In this document: piece after piece, positions 54,301-62,412 of the stretch
How positions within the stretch are numbered: the stretch's first letter is position 1
Layout of the letters: each line of letters opens with the position of its first letter
Virus record (IMG/VR): IMGVR_UViG_3300027747_001183
Source of the DNA: a virus
Direction: 5' to 3' (one strand)
DNA length: 64,000 nt
Program-made: the position numbers and the translations under genes
The notes under the pieces: model-generated
Told to the model about the DNA's origin: nothing
What the model saw: the letters and a program-made list of their open reading frames with translations, nothing else
Databases searched by the model: none

Positions 54301-57066
54301 GCCCGCGTTTAATACCAAGTTAGCGTTGTGCGTTGCCTTACCAGAGAAGTAAGTGTTTGTGCCCGTGAAGTTTATGTTGCCGGATAGGGTACGGCTGTCG
54401 GTGTTCTGTACGTAGCTGGCAGCTGCAACCGTACCTAAGTAGCCGGCAGCGTTGGCGGTTAGAGTCGCGACGTTTGCAGAAAGACCCGCGGTTGTCTGGT
54501 ATCCAGCTGCGGCAGTACCACCTAGGTATGACGAGTTATTAGCAGTCAGGGCGCTACTTACACTTAAAGCAGATTCTAATTTGCCGTTAAGATAACCAGC
54601 AGCATTTGCGGTCAAGGTAGCAACATTAGCAGAAAGTCCAGCCGTTGTCTGATATCCAGATGCTACTGTTCCACCTAAGTAAGAAGCATTATTTGAGGTA
54701 AGAGCACTACTAACGCTAAGAGCTGATTCCAACTTACCATTTAAATATCCAGCTGCGTTAGCTGTTAGTGTAGCTACGTTTGCTGATAGACCTGCAGTAG
54801 TCTGGTACCCAGCTGCGGCAGTACCACCCAGATAAGAAGCATTATTGGCGGTTAATGTTGCAACATTAGCAGATAGACCAGCAGTAGTTTGATACCCAGA
54901 AGCAATAGTACCACCAAGATAAGAAGCGTTGTTAGATGAAAGCGTAGCAACGTTAGCAGATAGACCAGCAGTTGTTTGGTATCCTGAAGCTGCTGTTCCA
55001 CCAAGATAAGAAGCATTATTAGAAGATAATGTTGCGATGTACGAGCTGTTAACAGCTAGAGTTGTGGCAGCAGAACCATCGTATGCAGCACCGGCACTAT
55101 AATATAAACCAGTTCCACCTGTTAGGGCATAGAGTGCTTTTGAACTAAATTGTGCAAATGTAATTGCATCTGTACCTACAGTAGTAATAGTAGATTGTTG
55201 AACCCAAGCAGTACCAGCGCCAATTGATCCTTCAAGGACATAAATTAAATCACCTTTATCAATTTCATTAGTTCCAACACCAACAGTATCATAATCATAT
55301 GCTCTTGTTAGTACCCAAGCATAAGAACCAGAACCAGTATTTGATACAGAGTAAACACCATTTAATGCTGAATTAGATTGTGCCCTTACAAGAATACGAT
55401 CCTGATAAGCAACAGTGACAGTATCTATTACAAGTGCAGCAAAAGAAGTGCTCTTTGTAATAGTAGCTCCAACGCCTGAAGTACCATTATTATATGTTGC
55501 AGTTCCTAGATCTGCATTTGTTGTAAGACGTACAGCAGGGTGAAAATTAATACCAGATGCAATACTATCGGCATATTGCTTGTTAACAATATCCGTACTA
55601 CTAGTAGGAAGTGTTGTAATAGTACCAGAAGTCATTGCAACATTTGCAAATGTTACATTGCTTGTAGTTTGAACATCTTGATTTATGCGATAAGGTAAAC
55701 GAGCTTCGGCTATTGTACCTGAAGATATATTTGTAGCATTAGATGAATAAGTTCTTAAATCTGTAACTGTATTACCACCAACAGTTACAGCATTATTAAC
55801 ATTTAGATTAGATTCTGTCTTACCATTTAGATAGCCAGATGCGTTTGCAGTCAAAGTAGCTACGTTGGCAGACAAACCAGCAGTAGTCTGGTATCCAGAC
55901 GCTGCAGTACCTCCTAGGTATACAGAATCATTAGCCGTAGAAAAAGCGATCGCGGCTACTGCGTTAGAGTACGCGTTTCCTGCCTTGTTGTCTACGTAAG
56001 TCTTTAGTGCCCAGCTAGAAGATACTATACCGCCAAGGTACGCCGAGTTGTTTGCAGTGAGAGCATTGTTGACGTTGAGGTCGGCTTCAAGCTTACCGTT
56101 CAAGTAACCCGCCGCGTTTGCAGTAAGTGTAGCGACGTTAGACGATAGACCTGCAGTAGTCTGGTACCCAGCTGCGGCTGTCCCACCTAGGTACGATGAG
56201 TTATTAGATGAAACTGCTGAGTTGACATTCAAGTTAGACTCAGTCTTACCATTTAAGTAGGTGGCAGCATTAGAAGTCAATGCGCTGTTGACGTTTAAGT
56301 CTGCTTCTAGCTTGCCGTTTAGATACCCTGCCGCGTTTGCAGTTAGCTTAGCAACGTTTGCAGACAGTCCAGCCGTAGTCTGGTATCCCGATGCGGCAGT
56401 AGACCCTAGGTATGCTGCACTGTTGGAAGTAAGCGCATTGTTGACGTTTAAGTCTGCTTCTAGCTTGCCGTTTAGATATCCAGAGTTATTTGCAGTCAAC
56501 GTAGCTACGTTGGCAGATAGGCCCGCAGTAGTCTGATATCCAGAAGCAGCTGTACCACCTAGGTACAGGGCGTTGTTTGCCGTGCCGTTGATAGTGCTGC
56601 TGAAAGTAATGGTATTGCTGAAAGTCTGCGTGTTAGTCCATGTATACTGGGCACCCGCATCTACTCCACCGCCGCTGGTGACTGAAGCCCAATAGCTCTT
56701 AGAACCATCTGTTTTAAGGACATACCCAGGAGTACCGTAGCTGCCGTTTGCAGATATACCGCCGGTCAACACTATGCTGTAAAATTCAGCAGAACCGGTG
56801 ACTGATAGGTTTGCAACGTTTGCAGTACTTACAGTAGCGTTGTTGATGGTAGCAGTATTTGTGTTACTGGTAGTTACAGTAGCGTTGTTGATTACTGCAG
56901 TATTGGTAGTAGAAGACGTAATGTTTGCTGTAGTGATCGAAGCGTTAGCGGTAGTACTAGAAGTCGACGAGATCTTCTTCCAGAGGTTAGTAGCAGATAC
57001 GTACTGGTAGACATACCCACCAGAAGTATACTGTGCACCATTTTGAGGATTTGAAGGAAATGCCAT
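51373..57066 (-). CDS. Long tail fibre/adhesin (1897 aa) with internal repeats and one LamG domain
   Basis: A/N/T/S/G-rich; nine GYQTTAGL repeats; four GQVL..YW..W.NTQTFSN blocks. Confidence 0.85.
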   Translation of the reverse strand: MAFPSNPQNGAQYTSGGYVYQYVSATNLWKKISSTSSTTANASITTANITSSTTNTAVINNATVTTSNTNTATINNATVSTANVANLSVTGSAEFYSIVLTGGISANGSYGTPGYVLKTDGSKSYWASVTSGGGVDAGAQYTWTNTQTFSNTITFSSTINGTANNALYLGGTAASGYQTTAGLSANVATLTANNSGYLNGKLEADLNVNNALTSNSAAYLGSTAASGYQTTAGLSANVAKLTANAAGYLNGKLEADLNVNSALTSNAATYLNGKTESNLNVNSAVSSNNSSYLGGTAAAGYQTTAGLSSNVATLTANAAGYLNGKLEADLNVNNALTANNSAYLGGIVSSSWALKTYVDNKAGNAYSNAVAAIAFSTANDSVYLGGTAASGYQTTAGLSANVATLTANASGYLNGKTESNLNVNNAVTVGGNTVTDLRTYSSNATNISSGTIAEARLPYRINQDVQTTSNVTFANVAMTSGTITTLPTSSTDIVNKQYADSIASGINFHPAVRLTTNADLGTATYNNGTSGVGATITKSTSFAALVIDTVTVAYQDRILVRAQSNSALNGVYSVSNTGSGSYAWVLTRAYDYDTVGVGTNEIDKGDLIYVLEGSIGAGTAWVQQSTITTVGTDAITFAQFSSKALYALTGGTGLYYSAGAAYDGSAATTLAVNSSYIATLSSNNASYLGGTAASGYQTTAGLSANVATLSSNNASYLGGTIASGYQTTAGLSANVATLTANNASYLGGTAAAGYQTTAGLSANVATLTANAAGYLNGKLESALSVSSALTSNNASYLGGTVASGYQTTAGLSANVATLTANAAGYLNGKLESALSVSSALTANNSSYLGGTAAAGYQTTAGLSANVATLTANAAGYLGTVAAASYVQNTDSRTLSGNINFTGTNTYFSGKATHNANLVLNAGISVIDSTGSQGTTGQVLTSNGTGNVYWSTVSGGGGSVNVAAQYTWTNTQTFSNTITFSSSILANTINAASYTVGTTFTANSTLVNAAAINITGQTNTATFYATTTANVGTLLRANTSAYLVAANSTVNTIITATSITQANTTATPFIANATGIYHTGAVNAASVSATNATFQGINLTSNASTLFSTYSTSFSTSSVNASWPTPTLPSAGNGYTVEFFVKFSSLGSTQVAYSDNGIAGLGFYANTSAIQIADQGYGNDTLSGLSLQNGVWYHIALIGRNSLQYIAVNGVVQQIGTGPGGHYSDGTWGGWGSLKGPATFSNFRIVTGSQVYSLSGFAVPSAPLTPISGTYVLTLQDATFIDNSGSSRSITTTGSPSMAADSISVGLTSASTVGTLNNGNLTIPVITPTYIYANSVVGTAGQVLTSNSAGGLYWATPAATNTSAQFSWSNTQTFSNTITFSTSILANTVNAASYNVGTSFIANTTGAYHTGTINAASYKTTGFVANTTAIVPTSNTILLGNTIGRFVLSANTGDFSGSVTATGLISTVTGTNTTEILRGNIADNDYFRILIGGTATNAGYAEIATADDGNEPIYVRQYSSTFAVGTIARTATLLDGSGNSIFPQNVNAASYTVGTNFIANTTGTYHSGTINAASHTVGTNFIANSTAIIGTGYANVTTSVNSALLTVGATFTANATLVNAAAINITGQVNTATLYATTSANVGTLVQANTTAYLVGSNTTVNTVITATSITQSNTTAVPLVANVTGIYHTGIINAAAFTTTGNANAAVHYAGANVYINATAAFVSSNSTVNTIITATSLTQTNTTATPFTANVTGLYHTGTMNAASHTVGTSFIANTSQITISGIPLSSNGGVGTAGQVLTSNGGTGAPYWSTVSAGSTNVAAQYSWTNTQTFSNVITFSSTTASPNATAGAIVTYGGIGANGNIYTAGRIGFANSAGANQAYTYYNASTTSLDTVFG
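54420..56580 (-). repeat. Intragenic tandem peptide repeats in two blocks
   Basis: YLGGTAASGYQTTAGLSANVATL units interleaved with YLNGKLE..L.V..A units. Confidence 0.85.
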
Positions 57067-57078
57067 CTACTTGAACTC

Positions 57079-57489
57079 TTATGCTGGAAGGAAGTCGTAC
57101 CAGAAGCTGCCGCCGCCGTCTGTGACCCACATGTATGGTTTATTGTCGTCTGTAGAGTACCAGATCTCACCGTACACCGCGTTAGTAGGCGGAGTCGAAG
57201 ACGCGGTAAACAAAGATCGCCAGTAGTCAACGGTTCCGTTGGAGACCAACAGGCTTCCAGCAGAACCGACGTTGTTGTTTGCTATGATTGCTTTTACGGT
57301 AAGGTTGCCGGATACGTTCGAGTTCGTAGTGTTTGCGCCGATCTCAAATACTACGGAGCCGTTCGTGGAATACATGATTCCATCGGCCATGTTGAGCGCT
57401 AGCTCAGCTGGATTTGTAAGGGTTTGTGTGTTAGCAGCCCGACCAGATATGGAAGTGCGCTTAACCTGAATTAAATTATTGGTAGCCAC
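57079..57489 (-). CDS. Short fibre-like virion protein
   Basis: IQVKR..ELALN..DG N-terminus related to 57754-59097; GTG start. Confidence 0.75.
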   Translation of the reverse strand: MATNNLIQVKRTSISGRAANTQTLTNPAELALNMADGIMYSTNGSVVFEIGANTTNSNVSGNLTVKAIIANNNVGSAGSLLVSNGTVDYWRSLFTASSTPPTNAVYGEIWYSTDDNKPYMWVTDGGGSFWYDFLPA

Positions 57490-57516
57490 CTGGCATTACA
57501 ATCCCGTATATACGGC

Positions 57517-57729
57517 TTAGAACTCACCGTCAGCTTTTTTAATAGTCTTGTCGTTCTTCTTAGCTGCCTTATCTAAGGCTGCCTCGAGCTCGCCGATCCT
57601 ATCATTTAGAGAAGCGGCGAGTCTCTCTTGGTATGTCAACTGAGCTGACAGAAGAATATTCGTCTTCATCAGCTCAGTTGCCTGTGTCGATAACTTTTCA
57701 ATATAGATGTTCAAGATCTCAGGGTTCAT
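57517..57729 (-). CDS. Small coiled-coil protein
   Basis: 70-aa heptad-like ORF with RBS. Confidence 0.75.
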   Translation of the reverse strand: MNPEILNIYIEKLSTQATELMKTNILLSAQLTYQERLAASLNDRIGELEAALDKAAKKNDKTIKKADGEF

Positions 57730-57753
57730 AACGAAGTTTCCTATTGTTAGTTA

Positions 57754-59097
57754 TTAGAAAGTGCCACCATCGATAGTGGAGTAGATGAGTGCCGAACCAT
57801 TGGACTGTAGGACGTATCCTGAAGTACCAAGAGAAAGCTTGCTCAGCGAGTTTCCAGTGTTTGCTACGAGCAAGTCGCCGGAAGTAAAGGTGTTGTATCC
57901 AGTACCACCTGATGTAGAAGGCAGTGCAGTTGACAGTGATAGTGTATTGGCAGCTATCGCAACCGATACTGTGCTGTTTGCAGTGATGTTAGTAACTGAA
58001 GAGTTAGTTACTAGAGCAGACGAGTTGAGGTATGCCTTAAGAGTAGCTTCAGCGTATCCAGCACCCGAGGTATTTACAGTAGTCGTAGGCTCGGCTGTTA
58101 GGCCAGTGAAGAGCTTGTAGACGCCGTCAGTGTGGTCTCTGAAGAGACCGGTGAATGAAGGAGTCGTACCGTACGAGCCGTATAGACCGATGTCGAGAAC
58201 GTCAGACGAAGTGTTATTCGCTGCGAGCTTGATCAGTGGGTCCTTGACGATGAGGTTTTCAGTACCTACAGTCGTAAGAGTACCAGTTACTGTAAGGTTA
58301 CCAGATACCGATATGTCTGCTGCGTTTAGTGTACCAGTAAACGTTGGGCTCGCCTTAGGAGCAAAGTACGTGTTTACGTATGTATTAGACGCAGCATATG
58401 CAACGGCGTTAGAATATGCTGTGCCTGCTACTGTGTCTGCATACGATGTAGCGTTAGAGTAAGCTGTACCAGCTTTTGTAGAAGCATCAGATGCAGCTGT
58501 TGCAACAGCGTTAGTATAAGCAGTTCCGGCTTTAGTATCAGCATAAGATGTAGCGTTAGAGTAAGCAGTTCCTGCTACCGTATCAGAATATGATCTGAGA
58601 GTAGCTGCAGTATTTCCACCGACTGTAGCTGCATTGACGCTGGTTACAGAAGCACCGTTACCAGAGAAGTTAGTAGCAGTTACTGTACCAGTACCCTTAG
58701 TGAACGTGAACGATGAAATAGCATTTGCGACACCGCCGTCGTTGAACTGAACGTACGTATCAGAACCAGAAGTTGCTGGTAGAGTATCGCGCCAGTAGGC
58801 TACTGTACCGTTGCTGTACAGGGCTTGACCTGCAGAACCAAGAGAACCGTTTGCATAGATCGAAGTAACGACAGCGTTGGCTACGATGATCTTATCGATG
58901 CCGCTGGTAGCGTTGGCTACGAGTGCTTGGTTTGCAGTAAGTGTACCAGGGTATCTTTTGCCGGCGATGGCGTCGATACCACCGTTGGCGCCGAGGAATA
59001 GTACTTCACCGTTCGAGGTGTAAGCAAATTCACCGTTTGCCAATCCTGTTGGATTGGCGGTTGTAAGAGATCGCTTGATCTGAATCATATTGGCCAT
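57754..59097 (-). CDS. Tail fibre-like virion protein
   Basis: IQIKRS..GEFAY N-terminus; AYSNA repeats; ends IDGGTF. Confidence 0.8.
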   Translation of the reverse strand: MANMIQIKRSLTTANPTGLANGEFAYTSNGEVLFLGANGGIDAIAGKRYPGTLTANQALVANATSGIDKIIVANAVVTSIYANGSLGSAGQALYSNGTVAYWRDTLPATSGSDTYVQFNDGGVANAISSFTFTKGTGTVTATNFSGNGASVTSVNAATVGGNTAATLRSYSDTVAGTAYSNATSYADTKAGTAYTNAVATAASDASTKAGTAYSNATSYADTVAGTAYSNAVAYAASNTYVNTYFAPKASPTFTGTLNAADISVSGNLTVTGTLTTVGTENLIVKDPLIKLAANNTSSDVLDIGLYGSYGTTPSFTGLFRDHTDGVYKLFTGLTAEPTTTVNTSGAGYAEATLKAYLNSSALVTNSSVTNITANSTVSVAIAANTLSLSTALPSTSGGTGYNTFTSGDLLVANTGNSLSKLSLGTSGYVLQSNGSALIYSTIDGGTF

Positions 59098-59351
59098 TAA
59101 AAGTCTCCGCCTTCTAGTTCTATGGGTTTAACTACGAATCTTCCAGTAACATGATCATAAACTACAAGTTCCTGGCCGATACCGTCGGCGGTAGGATCTA
59201 TCACTATATCTTGTGTATTATTTAATTGATTCACAACTTGAGTAAGAATTCCACCCGGGTTAAGGGCGACATTTATACCATGCTGATTCACGCTGTTAGA
59301 CTTGACGGTGACTTGACCCACCGTCCTGTTATTTAGAGTTACTACTTTCAT
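59097..59351 (-). CDS. Hypothetical virion protein
   Basis: 84 aa; ends LEGGDF, like its neighbours. Confidence 0.7.
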   Translation of the reverse strand: MKVVTLNNRTVGQVTVKSNSVNQHGINVALNPGGILTQVVNQLNNTQDIVIDPTADGIGQELVVYDHVTGRFVVKPIELEGGDF

Positions 59352-59674
59352 CTCGTCACCGACGGAGTTATGGTAACGATGCCCTCTACAGCCCTGCTTA
59401 CCGCATTTGAGCTAGAAGTTAATTCTACATCGTATACATACCTGCCGGCAGGAATTAGATTACTCGTATTTGCATTCAGTCTCATAACTACAATTCCAGA
59501 ACTATTTGCTGTAGCGTTGATGCTATAGTAAGTGCTCGAAGTGTAGGTCTTCCTTATCTGGGAAGCTAGAGTATACGTGGATAAGTCTAGTGGATTCCCG
59601 TTGTCATCGCTGACTACGAAGCTAGTAGCAAAATCAGAACCTTGGTCTATGGTCAGATTGAGCTTAGAAGCCAC
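59348..59674 (-). CDS. Ig-like virion structural protein
   Basis: NLTIDQGSDF..GRYVYDVE..EG.VTITP; late promoter upstream. Confidence 0.8.
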   Translation of the reverse strand: MASKLNLTIDQGSDFATSFVVSDDNGNPLDLSTYTLASQIRKTYTSSTYYSINATANSSGIVVMRLNANTSNLIPAGRYVYDVELTSSSNAVSRAVEGIVTITPSVTR

Positions 59675-59696
59675 AGAATTCTCCTGTTTCTAGTAC

Positions 59697-60326
59697 TTAG
59701 TATTTATAAAAAACGAAAAACAACCGCTTATAGCCCTGGTCATTTATCTCTTCTTTTATGTCTTTTATCTCATAGTTGTAGATCTCGGCGATCTGGCGGA
59801 TGAATTCCTCGTCCCAGTCGTACCAGGTCAGGAGCTCGTTCAGCGGGAAGTCTGGGTGATAGTTATGCTTGGTGTTAGGGTTGACTCTCCAGAACTGGGT
59901 TCCACCAGACTTAGTGAGCTTGTCCACGCACTCTATCTCTGCTAGGATCTTCTCTTTTGTACCAAAGTTGATCGACCCGAGTGCTAGCACTGCGTCGAAC
60001 TGCCTGTCTGGGTTGGCATTCTGGTACTCGTATACGCCCTGCTTGACATCTGCTGCTGGATTAAATGGGTCGATTCCTACGAACTCAGTACACTCGACAG
60101 TCTCCTTGTACCGGTTAAAGCCGCACCCGACGTCAATCACTGACTCTGGGTTAAGATCATTTACCATTCTAGATACGTTCTCGCGGTTAGAATACTCAAA
60201 TACGTGCGTGTTGTCTTCCCAGACCTGGCTAAAGTACTTGTCCATGATCAGCGTGTGGATGTCACTGGAAAAAGCCCAGAGAACATCGTCTGGTGCAGAC
60301 TTCATTATTGAAAAGATCTTATCCAC
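59697..60326 (-). CDS. Class I SAM-dependent methyltransferase
   Basis: VIDVGCG, GIDP and FDAVLALGSINF. Confidence 0.85.
   Translation of the reverse strand: MDKIFSIMKSAPDDVLWAFSSDIHTLIMDKYFSQVWEDNTHVFEYSNRENVSRMVNDLNPESVIDVGCGFNRYKETVECTEFVGIDPFNPAADVKQGVYEYQNANPDRQFDAVLALGSINFGTKEKILAEIECVDKLTKSGGTQFWRVNPNTKHNYHPDFPLNELLTWYDWDEEFIRQIAEIYNYEIKDIKEEINDQGYKRLFFVFYKY
59701..59708 (-). promoter_or_regulatory. T4 late promoter
   Basis: TATAAATA at the 3' end of the methyltransferase gene, heading the fibre operon. Confidence 0.7.
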
Positions 60327-60954
60327 TTTTTTTACTCCAGTAAAGGTAGACTCTAGCGTCTAGTTTGAGATAGCTCTTATATTTTATAGATTCACTTGAA
60401 ATTTCAAGGGCATCTGCTAGTTCTATGGTATCTTGAATTTCAGTTACTTGGTTCTCTCGAATGAATTTGAGTATTCCATCATTCTGCTTCTTTATGTGTT
60501 CTTTCATGTGGTCCAGATCGACATAGTATCTATAGTCTGGGTAAGTAATGTTAAACCCACCACACTTTATCCACCACTCTAGACACTCGTCTTCTGGTCT
60601 ATAGACGATTACTATAGGTTGGTCTGGCCAGTTTTTCTTTAAGAAGTCTAGTTGGTATGAGAAAGAATGACTCTTTATTATCTTTATTCCGCCGCTATGA
60701 GAGAAAGGACGATTGAATTCTTTCTCTATATCATCTTTAGAAATAGTAGATAGGTCTCTAAAGTCATTTCCAAACTCCATGCCCGGGTCAAAGTACGCAC
60801 CCGTATGGGCTAACATATACTTATCATTTGCAGAGTGCCAGTGCATTCTTTTTTCTGATAAGTCGGAGTGATCTATACTGGGACTGTCGTCCAGCCACAT
60901 CGATATGGAGCTCCACTTAGATCCAGGCGCACCAGCTAGGAATATATACTTCAA
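60319..60954 (-). CDS. P-loop/sulfotransferase-like protein
   Basis: FLAGAPGSKWS, IIKSH and IVYR; TTG start overlaps the upstream stop. Confidence 0.6.
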   Translation of the reverse strand: MKYIFLAGAPGSKWSSISMWLDDSPSIDHSDLSEKRMHWHSANDKYMLAHTGAYFDPGMEFGNDFRDLSTISKDDIEKEFNRPFSHSGGIKIIKSHSFSYQLDFLKKNWPDQPIVIVYRPEDECLEWWIKCGGFNITYPDYRYYVDLDHMKEHIKKQNDGILKFIRENQVTEIQDTIELADALEISSESIKYKSYLKLDARVYLYWSKKSG

Positions 60955-61586
60955 TCTTGCATCCAATTTGGGCTGAGGAAGTTCTTTACATGCGCGTCTA
61001 GCCATGTAGCGTCTGCCTGACGGATATACTTCCTGTTAGCATCTTCTGACAAGATCTCTTCTACTATAGGATCTTTCCATGCTATTGGGAAGTCAAGCTG
61101 CTTCTCCAGCGACCTGAGATACTGCTTTCTGTACAGGTATAAGAGCTCTTGACTCACAAAGAACGGTGGTTCTTCTATTCTATTTAAGACCATCTGCATG
61201 GTACCCCAGGTAGGGCCGCCTCGTACCCTTGTCTGCTGCAAGTCTAATATATTTCTATCCCTACCGATTACTACTACTATGGGCTCAATGCCAAATTTCT
61301 TTAACCTATTAACCATTCCGGGTACGTCTGGTATCTTAGGATAGTACTCTCTAAGGTAAGGCGCACTTACACTTGTTACAGCATACTTCTTATCTCCCAT
61401 AATCTCTTTACTGACTAGGTTCATGTCATTCCAGTAGTCGTTAAACGGCTCAAACCAGTGAGGGATGAAGTATCCATCTTCAGTCAGTGACTCTTTCCAC
61501 CCGGCGACTTCTTCGTGAATACTAAAGATCTTAGAGAATAGGTGGTTTCCGGATCCCTGAGGCCCGACCAAGATGACCATCTTCAT
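60951..61586 (-). CDS. P-loop/sulfotransferase-like protein
   Basis: ILVGPQGSGNHLFSKI, VIGRD and FVSQELL. Confidence 0.6.
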   Translation of the reverse strand: MKMVILVGPQGSGNHLFSKIFSIHEEVAGWKESLTEDGYFIPHWFEPFNDYWNDMNLVSKEIMGDKKYAVTSVSAPYLREYYPKIPDVPGMVNRLKKFGIEPIVVVIGRDRNILDLQQTRVRGGPTWGTMQMVLNRIEEPPFFVSQELLYLYRKQYLRSLEKQLDFPIAWKDPIVEEILSEDANRKYIRQADATWLDAHVKNFLSPNWMQD

Positions 61587-61951
61587 AGACCCATCTCCTT
61601 GCGAATCTGAGTAGCTGAGATCTTAAGGATCTCCTTGTCAAAGTATTCTTTCTCGATAGTGTATCCAACATCACGTCCATACGTGATGTTTACTATGTTT
61701 GGTACATTTATGATCTTAAAGTCTGTCTCGTTTTCAAATCCAGCTGCAGTAAGATCATGAATGATGTTATTCTTTACGGTGACGAAGTCGAAGGGGTTCT
61801 TCCTATCGGTTCCGTGAGTATCGCGTACCATTATTGCTACCTGACCAGTCTTCGCGTATGCTCGCTTGAAAAGTTCGGTATGACCCGGATGCCATGGCTG
61901 GTACCTGCCGAGCAGCTGTACCGTGGGTGCTTTATCGTTCCACTCTTTCAT
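61583..61951 (-). CDS. HxGH nucleotidylyltransferase (cytidylyltransferase-like)
   Basis: GRYQPWHPGH, NPF and ISATQIR. Confidence 0.85.
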   Translation of the reverse strand: MKEWNDKAPTVQLLGRYQPWHPGHTELFKRAYAKTGQVAIMVRDTHGTDRKNPFDFVTVKNNIIHDLTAAGFENETDFKIINVPNIVNITYGRDVGYTIEKEYFDKEILKISATQIRKEMGL

Positions 61952-62412
61952 ATTCTCATTCCTATCATCATTGCTTTTGCTAGAGACGGGTTTAGTCGAT
62001 AGTCTAGGTCTTCGTATATTGCCTTTGCCCAGAACTTAGAGTCTTGCGTGTTGACTTTAAAGTCGTATCTGATCGGCTCTTCGAAGATCTTATTTGTATC
62101 CTCGAATCTGCCCTTCTCGATAGTGTCTACCCATACAGTGAAAGCCTCGCCGAACGCTTCTCGAGTATCCTTGGTAGGACATACAAAGTCTGCAATGGCA
62201 AAGTGACCAGCGATTACTACCTGATCACAGAGCCATCCCATCCTGCGAGCCTGTTCAATTCTGTCCTCAGAGCTAAACCCGAGGTGAGTATTGATGTTTG
62301 CCCTGACTGCGTCTGCGTTCCAGTGGACCGCTCTGAGCAAGGGAGCTAAGTCCCTTGCCAGAGTCGTCTTTCCAGAACCAGGTAGACCCATTATTAGGAT
62401 CTTCTTGATCAT
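61948..62412 (-). CDS. Adenylyl-sulfate kinase (CysC)-like kinase
   Basis: MGLPGSGKTTLA, NADAVR, FSSEDR and FEEP. Confidence 0.82.
   Translation of the reverse strand: MIKKILIMGLPGSGKTTLARDLAPLLRAVHWNADAVRANINTHLGFSSEDRIEQARRMGWLCDQVVIAGHFAIADFVCPTKDTREAFGEAFTVWVDTIEKGRFEDTNKIFEEPIRYDFKVNTQDSKFWAKAIYEDLDYRLNPSLAKAMMIGMRI

Noticed and set aside
54420-56580. Fibre repeats as CRISPR or DGR template/variable repeats
   Set aside because: They are synonymously diverged peptide repeats; I see no reverse transcriptase and no adenine-specific pattern
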